Below, one piece after another: positions 12,847 through 25,546 of a DNA stretch of 64,000 nt. The DNA is taken from NCBI GenBank assembly GCA_000708835.1, contig DF237459.1, forward strand, positions 2,266-66,265. The letters run 5' to 3'. The notes beneath the pieces are model-generated. The model made no database searches. It was given only the letters and a program-made list of their open reading frames with translations, and was not told the DNA's origin. The stretch comes from Klebsormidium nitens. Its lineage: Eukaryota; Plantae; Klebsormidiophyceae. Every line of letters begins with the position of its first letter. The stretch's first letter is position 1. A program made the position numbers and the translations under genes.

Positions 12847-15800
12847 TCACGCCTGCTTGCCACGTGGCGCGAGCGGGTGCGGCGGATCGTCGGGCCCCTG
12901 GTCCTCGGCTCTTTTTAGAATCGAATCGTTGAAGTAGCGCTGCGTCGAGAGCGCATAGTCGAAGACGGGCAGGTCGGTCGCGTCCGAACCGAACGGGTCC
13001 GCGAGCGCGCACGACAGCTCGCGCAGGCCCAGCAGCGAAACCGTGGTCACGAACATGCCGACGATGGAGTAATAATAGCTGCGTGAGACAGGGGATTGAA
13101 AGGGATGATAATAGCTGCGTGAGAAAGAGTTTTACAGATGAGTCAAAACAGCTGCGTAGAAAAGGAGTTTGAATTTGAGTAATGCTAGCTCGAAAGAAGA
13201 GATTTGACAATGGATAAGTAATCGCTTGAGACAAACGATCAAAGATGAGTCAATACTTATTGCCAGAGACAAAAATGGAATATGAGAAAAAGGGACTGAA
13301 TATAAGTAATACCACCTGCCTGGGACAGGAAAAAAAGATATCTCACCCGTGCAGAAACCAATGAGGTAACATTTCAAGGAAGAGCTCATTCATCAAGGAT
13401 TGAAGGCCCGTCGGCAGATGGGCAAACGTGACAGAGGGAGGGCAAAAGACCTGTCCTCGTAGCAGGAAAGCAGGAGGAAGCAAGAATGATTGCGTATGCA
13501 GTAGAATCAGCCAATTTTTTACGTCTGGAAACATCAATGCATTCAACAATAAGGGGACGTCAGTGCTAGGACGGGTGGGGGTCAATGCGGGTGTGGATGC
13601 GGGTTCGGAGCGTGCACCAAAACGGAAATGGAAACGAATCCGGAAACGGAAACAGAAGTCGAAACGATACGCAAGCAGAAGAAGGTACCACACGAGTACC
13701 GCGTTTAGGAGGTGCCAAACGGACTTCGAAAAGGAAACGGAAACGGAAACGGAAACGGAGACGGAACGAAAACGGAGATGGGAACGGAAAAGGAAACGGG
13801 AACAGAACGGAAATGGAAGCGAATACAAAGCCTTCGTACCTGTACATACAGTACGTGTATGCGAGCAGAAGAAGGTACCCCACGGGTACCGCATCCAGCA
13901 GTGACAAGCGGAAACCGAAGCGGAAACGGAACCGAAACGGAACGGAGATGGGAACGGAACTTTTGTACCTGTACATACAGTAAGTGTGCGCGAGCAGAAG
14001 AAGATACCCGACGAGAACCGCGTTCAGGAGTTGACAAGCGGACACCGAAACGGAACCGGAACGGATACGGAGATGGGAACGGAATTTCGAACCTGTACAG
14101 ACAGTACGTGTACGCGAGCAGAAGAAGGTACCCCACGAGTACCGCGTTCAAGAGGTGGAAAAAGGCGAAGGGGACTGGCATCGCCAGAAAGTCATTGACG
14201 GTCCCGATATTGGCAATGACCTGCAGACACGGATTTGGCGTCGGTTCAGTGCCGCAGTCACGCTGACGTCACTCTGCGACAGTCGTCTCTTAAATGCAGT
14301 TTCGCAAATACAGATAGAAGGGCGCTGCTGTCAGATTGACTTCCAAGGTCGTCACCTTCGGCACTGCTCTGGAGAAAGAGGACTTCAGCTTGTGGACATA
14401 TATGACGGTCTTGACCGGCGCCAGATGTATGCAAACCGTTTGAGTATGCTAAACATTCTGTCAACTGGCACCTCTGGGGGTCGGTTGCTTACGTCGCTCG
14501 TGAACGTCACGAACCGGTCCAACTCGACGTTGCTGATGTCACCGTTCCGGAAGTGCGCGTAGAAGCGCTGGTAGATCCACATGGCTACTTCCTTGAATGC
14601 CTTGCCGTCTGGGAAATCGATCCAAAAACGGGTTAACAGACGGGCAAGCGGGATTACTCAAACAGGTTTGAAGGCGAGCGAAGAAACGGGGAGCCGGGTT
14701 TGAAAGGGGTTAGGAATGGGTGGAAGATAAAAATACTGGATTACGAAGCGGGTAAGTTGGTAAACGCAGAAAAATTAGACCAGGTTACGAAACGCGTTAG
14801 CACGCATGCAACTCTGCCGAGGTCTCACCTAAAGTCATAATGTGTCATAGCGGGGTAGCAAACAAATGGCAAAACCGCAAAACAACAAAAGTCCATTGAC
14901 TTTTTAGCTATTTCGAGCCACTCAAAAAGGATCCGGCTCGCCGATACCTGCACTTACCGAAGGCGGTTAAGCACGACCACGGTCGCTACGTGGAGCACAG
15001 TGCACTGAAAACGGCGACCTCAAAGGTGACACACGGGCCTTTAATTCAGTCGCCCAAAAAAGCTGTCTAGCGCGCACTTTGATTGCTTAATTGAGATCTC
15101 TTGGAGCATCAAAATCACTGGGGACTCTCCGCAGCCGGGTGACCTCAGCAGACGTCAGCAGCCCCGTGTCTTCGACGTGCTGCCAGGCCCACGCGCCAGC
15201 CCCGTTGGTCTTATAGAACGGCAGGTTCGCGTATGCCAAAACTGCACGGAAAGCGTTGCTCTTATATAACGGCGGCTTTGCGTATGCCAGCCCCGTTGGT
15301 CCTATAGACGGCAGGTTTGCGTATAAGAGAACTGCACAGAAAGCGTTGCTCTTATATAACGGCAGGTGCGCGTATGGCAGCACCGTTGGTCTTATACAAC
15401 GGCAGGTTTGCGTATGCCAGAACTGCACAGAAACTTAAAGCTGTCGGTCTTATCATAGAACGGCACGTTCGCGTAACTCAAGACTGCAGGTACCAAAAGC
15501 GCTTGCTTTAACTATAAACGGCAGGTTATCACTTGGACAGAACTGCAGCAATGCGTTGCGCTTACACCAGCTCTCGTAATCTAATCTTGAGCGGCAGGCC
15601 TGCGTATGCAAGGACAGTATGGACAGCGTCCTTCTTTCAAAACGGAAGGCTAGCGCACTGTGTCAAAAACTGCGGGAAAAGCGTTGGTCTTGTAGAACGG
15701 CAGGTTCGCAAACGCCAGAACCGCACGAGAAGCGGCCACGTAAGCTGACAATAGGCTGCGTGACGTCACTTTGACATGTATATATGCCAGCGAAAACATT

Positions 15801-18470
15801 CTCTGTGAGAGTTGAGAGTGATCGGCAGGTCCGCAGACGATTCTCAAAACAATGTCCCGGTTTTCAGCACCCTCTGCATTCTCGACAGGACAACTGTCAG
15901 GTCATCTGTTACGCGAAGTTTGCTGGCGTCACTCACATTCAATCGTGACCATGTAACGGGCGAGCATCAGCCGGGTCTCCCGGGCGCCGGGGCAGCTGCC
16001 GTCAGCAAACGTCATCCGCAGGAGGGGCCCAAGCCGGTTCAGGAACCGTCCCTGCAATCGAGATGGGCTTTGAGTCGTCATCTTGCTCTGAAACCTCGAT
16101 TTCGAAAGGCTACATCAATCGGGTCTTTCGCGGTTATTTTGCTAGCTCCAATCTTTGCAGGAGCCCAAACTGGAACAGCGTCTTGTTTCTTCTGATGCAT
16201 GTGCTTATTCCAATCAGCTTGTTGAGCGGTTCCAAGTTGATTCTGCCCTTGCACAATACCCTCCAACTCTGATTATACGTACCGAACCCGTTCTAAGAAA
16301 CCGGCTCGAGTCGTACGGCTCAGTCTGGAAGAAGCAGAAGTGAGTTGCTTGAAAAAAGAGTGAATGAAATTGAAATCCGATGCTTATTCAACTGGTCACA
16401 AATCAAATGGAACTCGAGAATGACCAATTTGACGTTTTCGTCTAGTGCCAAAACGGGCGAGCTCACTTTCACAAGTCACGTTCACAAGGCGAGTAAACCG
16501 CAGTCTGTTGAAACATGAATGACGAGGAGGAAGGACAATGGGCGGGATGCCTCTCGGGTTGGACTAGCGTCTTCACCGAACGGAAAGCCCGCGCATGCGC
16601 ATTCTGACGGAACACTAATTTTAGATCCAGGATTCAGCGACACGTTTTCACGGCACTGAGGAAGACCGCCTCGACTTAGGGTGTTCCGAAAATGCAGATT
16701 GACGTAACCTGGAATCCTTCATCTGGGAGTACCAATTCTCGATGTCTTCTTCCACAGCATCAACGCGGTCTACTATAGCTCTAACCTCCGAGGAATGTGA
16801 ACGGCTCTTTGGATGATTAAGGCCCGCCTTTCTATCACGGGAAAACGTGGGAAAGTGAAGTAGGAACAAGGTCGAGGAAGTAGAGTTCCGAGGTTTCAGA
16901 GGTCGAGGAAATAGAGTTTCGAGGTTTCAGAGTTGTCCGGTCAAAGTTTCTAGAGTTGAGCGGGTAACTGCACTTACGTCCACACGGGTGATGCATTCGT
17001 ACTGCGCGAAGAAGCGGCTGTAGGCCTGGTTAGTGTGGAAGACCATGAAGAAGACAATCATGGTCCCGGTAATAACTGCAGGGGAAACCGGAGGTTATCA
17101 TTAACCATTGCCACCGTTTAGTTGCGGCCCCATTGACTTGGATAGGTTCCTTCTTTTGGCACAGGGTTGGATCACACCCGCTTTTCCAAGACCCTGTAGC
17201 AGACAACTAACTCTGGTCCTTGAAGCGACGCAGAGAGATCAGCAAGCGCCGGTGGTGTGTATCCAGACAGTCAGAAAGATGGTGGCGCCTTGTTGCGATA
17301 ATTCAAAGCAGGAAATCGTACAAGCAAGCAGCGACACGACAAGCCACTGAATGTTTGGTTCCTTCTGCAAGAATCCACATCTGACTCACATGTTCCCACC
17401 TGAGGACTGAAGACGGTTTCTGGATCTATATCCTTAGTTCTGAAAAGGGCCAGTGGAATGCTCTGCCCGAAGGGGCATGCTCTTTCGTAAGTACCCAGCA
17501 CACGCAACCCTAATCTGGAATGGAGGCAATCCTTGCACAGCTCATCAGTGCCGGCTGTTAGTACCCTTCCGTAACATTTCGACCCGCTTCTGCAGATTGG
17601 GACCAGATGAGACTATCAATGAGGCACCTTCAAATCTGGATCTATGATGGGGTCTGCAAATCAACTGGAATACTTGCTGAACAAACCCGTAGTGATGCTG
17701 TCGTGCTGATGTAACCTGGCTTTACTAGGCTTCATTAAACTATTGTTGAGTTGAGCTATACTTCAGGACCTTGGACTGAACTTCCAGCTCATAAGAGTAC
17801 CCACGTGCTGACAACATGAGCTGGTTGCGCGTAGTCAACATGAACTGAGATGACCCAGCTTAAAAACCTTAACTTGAAAGCATAAGAAGGCCAGAGCAAC
17901 GACTGAGTTTAATTAGCAATATTAATCAGCCCACAACAACTTGTGGCCTTCTGTTTTTGTTTTCGAGCCCAGGAGTAAAAGAGAGTCCTATCGCCCATAT
18001 AAAGGAGATGAAAATACCATCGATAGACAAGTTGAAGAGCCGCTGCCCTCGGACCTTGGAATAAGCGAGCACTCACCGACTACTGTCGGGGAGAGGAACG
18101 GCCACGATTGTTGCTCGCCGTTGCTGCTGGCCAGGAGAATCGGGTTGTGCGAAACCTGGTAGTACACAGCGCACAGGAACACGTGTACGAGCATGATGAC
18201 GTAAAAGTCGGGCCGTCTCAGAACCATTTGCAGCGATGTTCCCGCAAATCTTGTGAGCGCCGCAAAGGGCGACTGTGGATCGTAGAGTATGGTTCTTGGA
18301 GCCACTTTCCTGTCCTTCCGAAGCTCCCACAAGGGATTCTCGTGCGTAGCCGGGGGGGGCGGTGAAGGCTTATAAGCATCCCCCTCTTTGTGGGGCATAT
18401 CCTGAAGAAACTCTTTGTTGATTCTGATCGTGTAGCTGTGCGCAACGTCGGGGGCTATGTCCACGCACAT
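12847..18470 (-). CDS. Bestrophin-like (UPF0187/YneE/VCCN-type) anion channel
   Basis: Exons 18470-18156, [short unresolved exon(s) in 17076-18155], 17075-16978, 16051-15937, 15241-15119, 14608-14493, 14220-14093, 13078-12847. Motifs: ILYDP..FAALTRFAGT, FFMVFHTNQAYSRFF (cf. LLVFRTNxAYxR), GLLTSAE, MPVPFAFFHLL and LLGLRELSCALADPFGSDATDLP. Phases match from exon 17075 onward. Confidence 0.85.
13620..14090 (-). repeat. Three decayed copies of the 3' end of bestrophin exon 14220-14093, interleaved with (GGAAAC)n-type microsatellite
   Basis: Plus-strand 'gcgagcagaagaaggtacc..cgagtaccgcgttca' (exon copy at ~14114) recurs at ~13990, ~13860 and ~13670. Copies are separated by runs such as acggaaacggaaacggaaacggagacgg (13735-13800). 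Confidence 0.9.
15245..15730 (-). repeat. Array of decayed copies of the acceptor site plus first ~40 bp of bestrophin exon 15241-15119
   Basis: Plus-strand 'cgttggtcttatagaacggcaggttcgcgtatgccaaaactgcac' (15202-15246) recurs in degenerate form many times to ~15730. Confidence 0.85.
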
Positions 18471-20269
18471 GAGCGCCGGCAGGGGCGCGGTCTTCCATAG
18501 CTTATACGCGCTTAGTATACAGTTGTAAAGATATATCTGGTTGCTGATGTGACAATATTGGGTAAAGGCTTTCCCAGGGTTATAAGAGCTTAGGAAGCGG
18601 GTGAGGAGCTAGTTGTCGTTATGAGAAGGGGCTACAAAACCGCGGGATGTCGCGGTTTGCTTCTGGGGTGCCCATGAGCGACGAAGCGCAATGTGGGTCA
18701 CCTTGTATATGAGCTAATGCCTCCACTCTTTGCCAACTCTTTGACCAGGGCCTGATCATGAGGCGCAACATTCACTGATCCTCCACGCTTGCAATGCCTG
18801 CCAAAATTTATTGAGAGGGTTCATTGACCTCAATGCTGCCCAGTTGATCAGAACAGCTCATGAATGCCTGGCTGATCCGATCCAAGCATCATCTGACGAA
18901 GTTGCTACCCCTGCCGCCCCCGGCTTTCTGCAGGTAGTGGGCTTATAATCTGAAGTGTAGGAGTGTTCTCCGGAACGAAGTCGACTGGTTGGACAGAGTC
19001 TAGGCGTATGTTTCAAGGGAGAGGACTTTTGAACGCTACTTTGGCTACTGAAACAGTTGAATGAATGAATGCGAGTCTGCTGAAAATGCCAAGGATTTCC
19101 GTCAGTGTACCGCTGGCAACTTCGTCACCGGATCCTGGCGAAGTGCGCGGCCCCTCCTGACAGCGCATGCAGACGCCCTCTTGCGCTCTGGGCCGGGCTT
19201 GAAGCTGCCGAACTTTGCATGGAGCTACCGTCGCTCAAGTTAGGACGCTGGGCCCTGGCAGGAGATCATTCTTGCTCAACACTGTTCAAAGAACTTCTGC
19301 TATGGTACATCGGTAGAATTATTCTCTAATTAATTCGGAGGCGCGAGGCAATGATTATGCTGGCACCGACCGTACCGCGCGCGTTAGCATGATTCGGCGG
19401 CCAACTCACGCGCGCGCGCGCGCTGGTCTCCTATGATTTTTCACAGCTCGCCCAGCACTCTCAACCGGTCCGCCAATGATGACGCTATTCCTGCAGTGCT
19501 GTCTCAGCATCCAAATCCGGTGCAGCGTGCTTGCAACGTGGACAATAGTCAAGTTCAGGCCGCTTAGCCAGCATCGAAGAACTGCGGCATCATACTTCCT
19601 TGGACTTCCTTGGGACTTCCGAATGCGCTGTGCACTGATCATGTCACGATCGTATTTGCACGCCGGGTCTGCATGTGTCAAGCTCGCTAGCTGGAATTCA
19701 GGCAGGCCGTCCGGCTGAATCTTCAAACAGGTTGAATCGGGTGCTCAGTAGGAAACCGCCGACGATAACTAGCTCAGTCGTGTCGAGTACTCTGCGACTC
19801 TGCAAATTATGTTTATGGAGTCAGGTCTAAAGCCAGCCGTCAGCTTAGCTGTAAAAAGAATATTTGCATGGAACATGATATGGGAACTGGAAATCCTGCT
19901 ACATATCAACGGCTAACGCTAAAGCATCGAAAGCATACTCTCCTACATTCGTTGATTCATGTCTCCCATGTCCAGACTGTCTGGCGACGTAAGTAAGGCC
20001 GAGTTAAGTGACGAAGTGACAAGTTTCATATTCATGGGCTGATGAGCTGCAGGACGTGACGCAAACCTCCGGCTGGCGCCCCAGAAGCCACACTTCAGCC
20101 AATTCATCAGACGATAAGCTTTAGCCAACGACTTTGTACCAAGTTGGCTTTGAGCCCGCATTCTAGAGTAGACCGTACCAGCTTGATACTAAGTTCTTCA
20201 TTCGCCTACACAAAGTTTCGAACCGGAAGTCATTCTTCCACCTCGTTATTGCAAAAAGAATTACACTTG

Positions 20270-23200
20270 CTAGAACTTCGCGCAGGACGCGACCTGCGAA
20301 ACCGCCGCCTCGAGGTCCTTCATCCCTATCGTCATCAGCTCGTCAAAATCGTCGGTCTCCGCGCTCAAGCGCCCGTCCAGGTGCTCGCGCGCGTACTCGG
20401 GCAGCGTGCCCGCAAGCCCCCCGTTCCGTTTGCTCCGCTCTTCCGCCGGTATCCCGCTTTCAATGAGCGCTGCGACGGCATCTCGCGTACAGTCTGGGGC
20501 AAGCTTGAAGCCCTGGAGGCACGTGCGTTCCTCAGCTAGCTTGGCATTCATTATGTCAACGATCTGGAGGGGAGTATAGTCCGGGAACTCAATTATGCGC
20601 CCCACGCGACGGCGAAAGCCCTCGTTGCAGTCGAGAACCTTCTTCATAGGTACCGTGTAACCTGGAGTTCGGTGGAGAAGCAATTTGTTTGCATACAGTA
20701 TGCAGGTTGTGCCTTCGACTACAACATTTTTGGCCTTTACACGTTAAGATCGAAAACCTTTATCTGCAGCTATGGGACATAGCTTGTACATCACGCGAGT
20801 ACAAATGCCTCAAACGCAGGCGAGTCAGACGACTGTGAGCCCGCGCCTACGCTTGCAAAGCGGCCTTTGATGAAGGAGGCAGATCGCCTTGAAAAGAGCT
20901 AGACGATCGAAGGCCTCGACCAGATGATTGAATGGACCTGCTTGGTTGTCTTGTAAGAACAAATTCGGAGCCAACCCAAGACTTTGTCAGTTCCACCAGA
21001 GTTCAGACCGCATTCCGTATAGTGACCGAAACTATCTCTAGCTGGTGGTATATGCGTAGAGACCCGGGTCTCACAAAAGTAAAAAGCGTCCTCGTGAAAG
21101 AGCTCTGAGCGAGCTGCCCGTTCCGGCCGCTCTGAGCCCATACCTTCAATTCAAAAATCCTCAGAATTAATCATTCTCACGCATGTTCAACCCGCCAAGA
21201 ACTCACCAAGAAGCGCCGTCCGAACAGATAGGTCCAGCCTTACACTCTACCACTGAAGCTGCTGAAAGTCCTAGAGCTAAAACTTATGTAACATCCAATC
21301 AAAGTTGATAGGAAGAGCACATTGATTCAGGATCACCTGCAAATATAACCACCAGATCTTTGCTGTCCATCTGACTCAGTATCTCGTCCAGCGCTTCCCG
21401 GCCGTAGTCACTCGTGTTGTCTTCCGCCGTCAGCAGCCGATAGGCCTCGTCAACAAAGAGGATGCCTCCCTCTGCTTTGCGCAGCTGCAGATGATTTCAG
21501 GAATTTCGTGAATGCAAACACGGTTGGTCGATCGAGGCAACCGAAAACCGTGATTGCGATGACGTTGCTTTCGAGACAGAGCAATTCATCCCTCTAAATC
21601 GAGTTGGCTGACTCATGTACTCGAGCATTTCCGACGCTGTATTTTGCGAAAACTGGTTGTCTCATATCACCAGAGCTCCAAGCTAACGTGCGAGCAAGGA
21701 ACAACTCAATTGTTCATTTTCGAAAGCCAAGGCCTCCTTCCTTCCTGGTCGTACTTTCTCTATCTGAAGACGGAATTGGGGAAGAAAGAAATGTTTGACT
21801 GTTCACAGGATAAGAAGCTCCATGGATAACGATCCGTTTATATGATACAATGAAGCTTCAGTGAGTGCTCACCTGCGCACGCGTCTTGATCCCCGTACGC
21901 CCAACATAACAGCCGACCAGATCCGTCCTTTGCACCTCGACGACTTTGGCATGTCTTATGGCCCCTATGTTGTGAAGAATGTGCGCGAGCATGCGCGCGA
22001 CCTTGGTTTTGCCGGTCCCAGGGTTTCCAAGGAAAACCATGTTTGGGGGCTTGCGGAGACCAATCTCAGCACCTGGAAGTGCTCAGAATGTCAGGTTAAA
22101 AAGCGTCCGAACCAGGTTACCCAAACCCCTGCTGATGTTGCCGATGAACATAAGGAAAGAAGGCTATCTGCAGGCAAGGTTAATAAGGCAGATGTTTCAA
22201 CAGTTTGCGTTTTGGCACTCGGTGGCTGACAATTGCAAGATCGGAACGTATAGGTCCTAGTCTTCTGCCCGTAAGAGATCATTCTGCATCAAAGGAGCGC
22301 ACTGAAGAATCTCCGCAGAAGCCTCGCAGAAGCCTCGAAGCAAAGAAAAACATTAGGAAGATGGCCAGATTGCTGAACTGGTACCAAACTTCCAACTGTC
22401 TAAGACCATCCTCTGGCTTTTCAGATAGACAATAGAGAAGACTCATGGATGAACTGGAAGAAGAAGTCAGATACTACAGGAATTGTAGATAGTATAGAGA
22501 CAGTGAAGAGCAGAACCTTTTACATGCTTCTTAGCCTGCACAGCTCAAGGAAGCCTTACCTTGGGATCTCCGCTTCTTGTCAAGGGCGTAGCCCTTGCAC
22601 CATTGGAGCAGCATCTGCTTCAATTCTTCCAGGCCAACCAATTCCTTGAAATCATTTTCTAGATCATCCTCGTCCCACCATATAATAGGCACCTCTGGCG
22701 AATCTTCGTCAGATGACTGTTCATTATTTAATGAATGTTCATCAATATCCGAGCAAGTTTCGTTGTCACTTGAACCATCTATTCCATCAGACTCGGAGTC
22801 ACTCTTGAGTGACGTCCTGTCAAGAGCAGTCACGTCAATGTCACCCTGCTGTTCAGCTGTGTCGTTTCCATCCCCAACAATGCTAGCTTTGTCTTCCTCT
22901 TCGTTACTCGAATCATTAAGTGCATGAAATTCTGAGGTTTTCGATGAGATATGCGCAGAGTGAGCAACCGCTTCCTCGAATTTGAGCAATGTTTCGACAG
23001 AGCCGATCCCACAATCCGCCTGGTCTAGCATTAGCTGTGTTCTTTGTCTCCAATGACGGCTCGCTTGTGTTGAACCTGTAAGCTCACCCAAAGCGCTGGA
23101 CAGCCCCGTCTTTAGTTTGTGCAGAGACTCTAAAAGCCTCTGCACCGTCTGATACTTCGTTGCAGGGTTCCGACGAAACCTGCGCCAGCTTCCTGTTGAA

Positions 23201-23545
23201 TTTTGCAATGTCGAGTTTGAGGGTCCGAGGTGCTCGAGACCGGAGGCCACGAATATGGAGACAGGGATGCGCTCTCAGCTTCTCTCCTTCCGAGAGGGCT
23301 CTCTGCCACTTGCTGGCTGGATGCAGAGATCTCTGCGAAACCTCCATGCTTGTCAAGAGCTGGAATATTGCAGAAGATGTGACAAGAGAGACCCCCGCCT
23401 TCCCTGCAGCCGGCGTTGCTAAAGACTCGGACAGAGTTGATGCACGCGAATTGCACAGGAAGCTACCCATAGCAGGGAGGCCATCGCTGAGCTGACCTCC
23501 GAGCCTCTTCCGAACCAGCGAGGATAGCAGGAACAGGCCCCTCAT
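20270..23545 (-). CDS. CbbX/CfxQ/SpoVK-family AAA+ ATPase (plant At3g24530-like ATPase module) with an acidic, non-ankyrin N-terminal region
   Basis: Exons: >=~23000-22560 (LENDFKELVGLEELKQMLLQWCKGYALDKKRR), 22072-21873 (Walker A FLGNPGTGKT, VEVQRTDLVG), 21484-21337 (Walker B GGILFVDEAY), 20661-20270 (NEGFRRRV, FPDYT, NGGL, stop). Phases match. The 5' structure between ATG 23545 and ~23000 is unresolved because it needs a frame change. Confidence 0.85.
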
Positions 23546-25546
23546 GGCTGCAACCGCATGCTATGGGAGGCGGCGCCTTTTCTTAAGACTTTATAGAATA
23601 GCTACCAAAGAAGTGTATGCCTTTGAGGAGCACCTTCCCTCTTTCAAGCCGGTCAGCAGGTCTGGCGGGCCCTATATGATGTGACCTTCTTTCGAAAGTT
23701 TAGGGATCGTTCATGAATCTGATCAGTGGTTGCAATGAGCCAATATTAGTAAGCACTGTGTGATACCGGGCGCGCGCAGTGCGCGCGCCAGGGCTATCAT
23801 AAAGCCACGCACAACCCCGGCGCTGCCCCAGGGGCCTGCGAGCGGCCGCGCGCGCACTCAATCATTCGCTAGCCCGCGCATCTGGCATGCCATGGCATAT
23901 AGCCTCAAATGACGGTCAAAGCGGCGGCGCCGCCGTCACGAGCGGCTGCGAGCTTCTCAAAAGGACATATCTACTGATCCTGGTTTGCAGTAAGCAGACT
24001 GCGGCCCACGAATCAGTCGAGATCAAAGTTCGCTCATACGTGCTACACATAGCAGAGCCTCGGCACTGTCTGAACGGCCACCCTCAGGCTCGTGCATTTT
24101 GTGGAGTCCTCACGCTGTCCGAAGTCCTAATTCGGGGAAGTCTGGACCGCAGGTTAGTCTTAGGACTATCAGCAGTGGCAGCGCTAGCATGCCTCGCTCA
24201 TAGCTTGTCTATCAAATAAATGGTGATGATATGATAGATTGGAGTATAAACATCTCAACTTAACGTCACCATTTAATGGAATCACATGTACAGCCGACGT
24301 GAGGGCGACGCTCTTCGTTGCGGGTGAGCGGCTGATCAGGCAGCCGCGCTCTGACAGGCGACCAGTCCGCACATTCCGCGCGCTTTTACTGCTTAGTAAG
24401 ATCTGGCCAGTGAAGCTTCTACAGCGCGGCATTTGCATGATTATACATCGAAGGTTGCAAATGGAAGACGAATCATTTTCTCGCAATCATATATAGCGTA
24501 CATGCACCGATGACTCACTGATGCTTGAAGGTGGACATACCGGGGACTCGGACTCATCTCTCATGCATCTAGTAGACTATTCGGAGAATTTGCAAGAACA
24601 CCAAGATCGTCAGTGGAATGCATCACAGGGCTCCAGATTTTGAATTACCGGTACATGACGAAGCATAAGCCTGGATCATAAGAAGATACCCGGCCCGGTC
24701 GACCACCTGCCAAGTGCCAGGAAAGTGGGCTTGGACATAACAGTGGACATGAGCTGTGTTCGACTGAGAGGCGCAGCAGACTCAAAGTAATTGATACCCA
24801 AGAAACGAGAGCTTTGAGTAGCTGAGCGCGTGTTACGGGCATATGGAATCGGCGTGTCGGGGTTAAAAACAAGGTACTGGTGGAGCGCCCCCACGGAACC
24901 GTGACATGCAACCCACACATTTCAACAGAATTTGAAAATGCACCCCAAAAGAGTGTCTGGTTACTTGCAAGGCTCGAGCCTTCTCCACGATTGGACCCTA
25001 CGTACCTAATACCTCACAAAATAATCTGATCGCCAACTTTTGAAATGCTGAATGCAACTCGCTACGCCTTGCTAGACACTGATCCTACGCGTGCAAAGAC
25101 GTACCGGTCATGCCAACCAACCAAGGGAGCCCAGCAGTTTACATCCAACTCATGATCTACAAGCTTGTCCCTTTTCGCTTAAACTGAAGCTACTCTGAGA
25201 CGGCTGCCACTCGTTCAATTCTCAATATAGCGGATCGTGGGCGAGGAAGCTTCTAAGCCGCGGATCCTCGCCACAACCGCCCAAACTCGCGCGCGTCTCG
25301 CTCGGCGGACGGAGAACGCCGCTCCCGCCGCTTTGGCGACAAGACATTCTGCTAATCGGACGTGAAGGCGACTTGGAGGGGCGAGAACTGGCGTCAGCAC
25401 CCCTATGCAGCCGCGTGCTGACGTCAACGCGAGCTGCATAATGCACTCTTACACTGGCGACTGTCATGCTTTGACCGGACCCCAATCACGTGTGCTCGCG
25501 CGCGGCTACCTTCTCGCTCTGCTGACGTCATTTGCGGTGCGTGACG

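Noticed and set aside
12608-14266. Cluster of long overlapping ORFs (132-208 aa) on both strands
   Set aside because: Most are produced by the stop-free (GGAAAC)n repeats and exon shadows; only the bestrophin exons 14220-14093 and 13078-12847 are supported.
12847-23545. Bestrophin-like channel next to a CbbX-like ATPase as a possible CO2-concentrating/Rubisco-activase cluster
   Set aside because: The ATPase looks like the At3g24530 type rather than red-type CbbX, no clear plastid transit peptide is evident on the channel, and two neighbours in a eukaryotic genome are weak evidence.
24184-25485. Several 70-100 aa ORFs and GC-rich/TGACGTCA-containing sequence between the AAA and Kelch genes
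   Set aside because: No family resemblance; motif occurrence is compatible with the local GC and palindrome richness.
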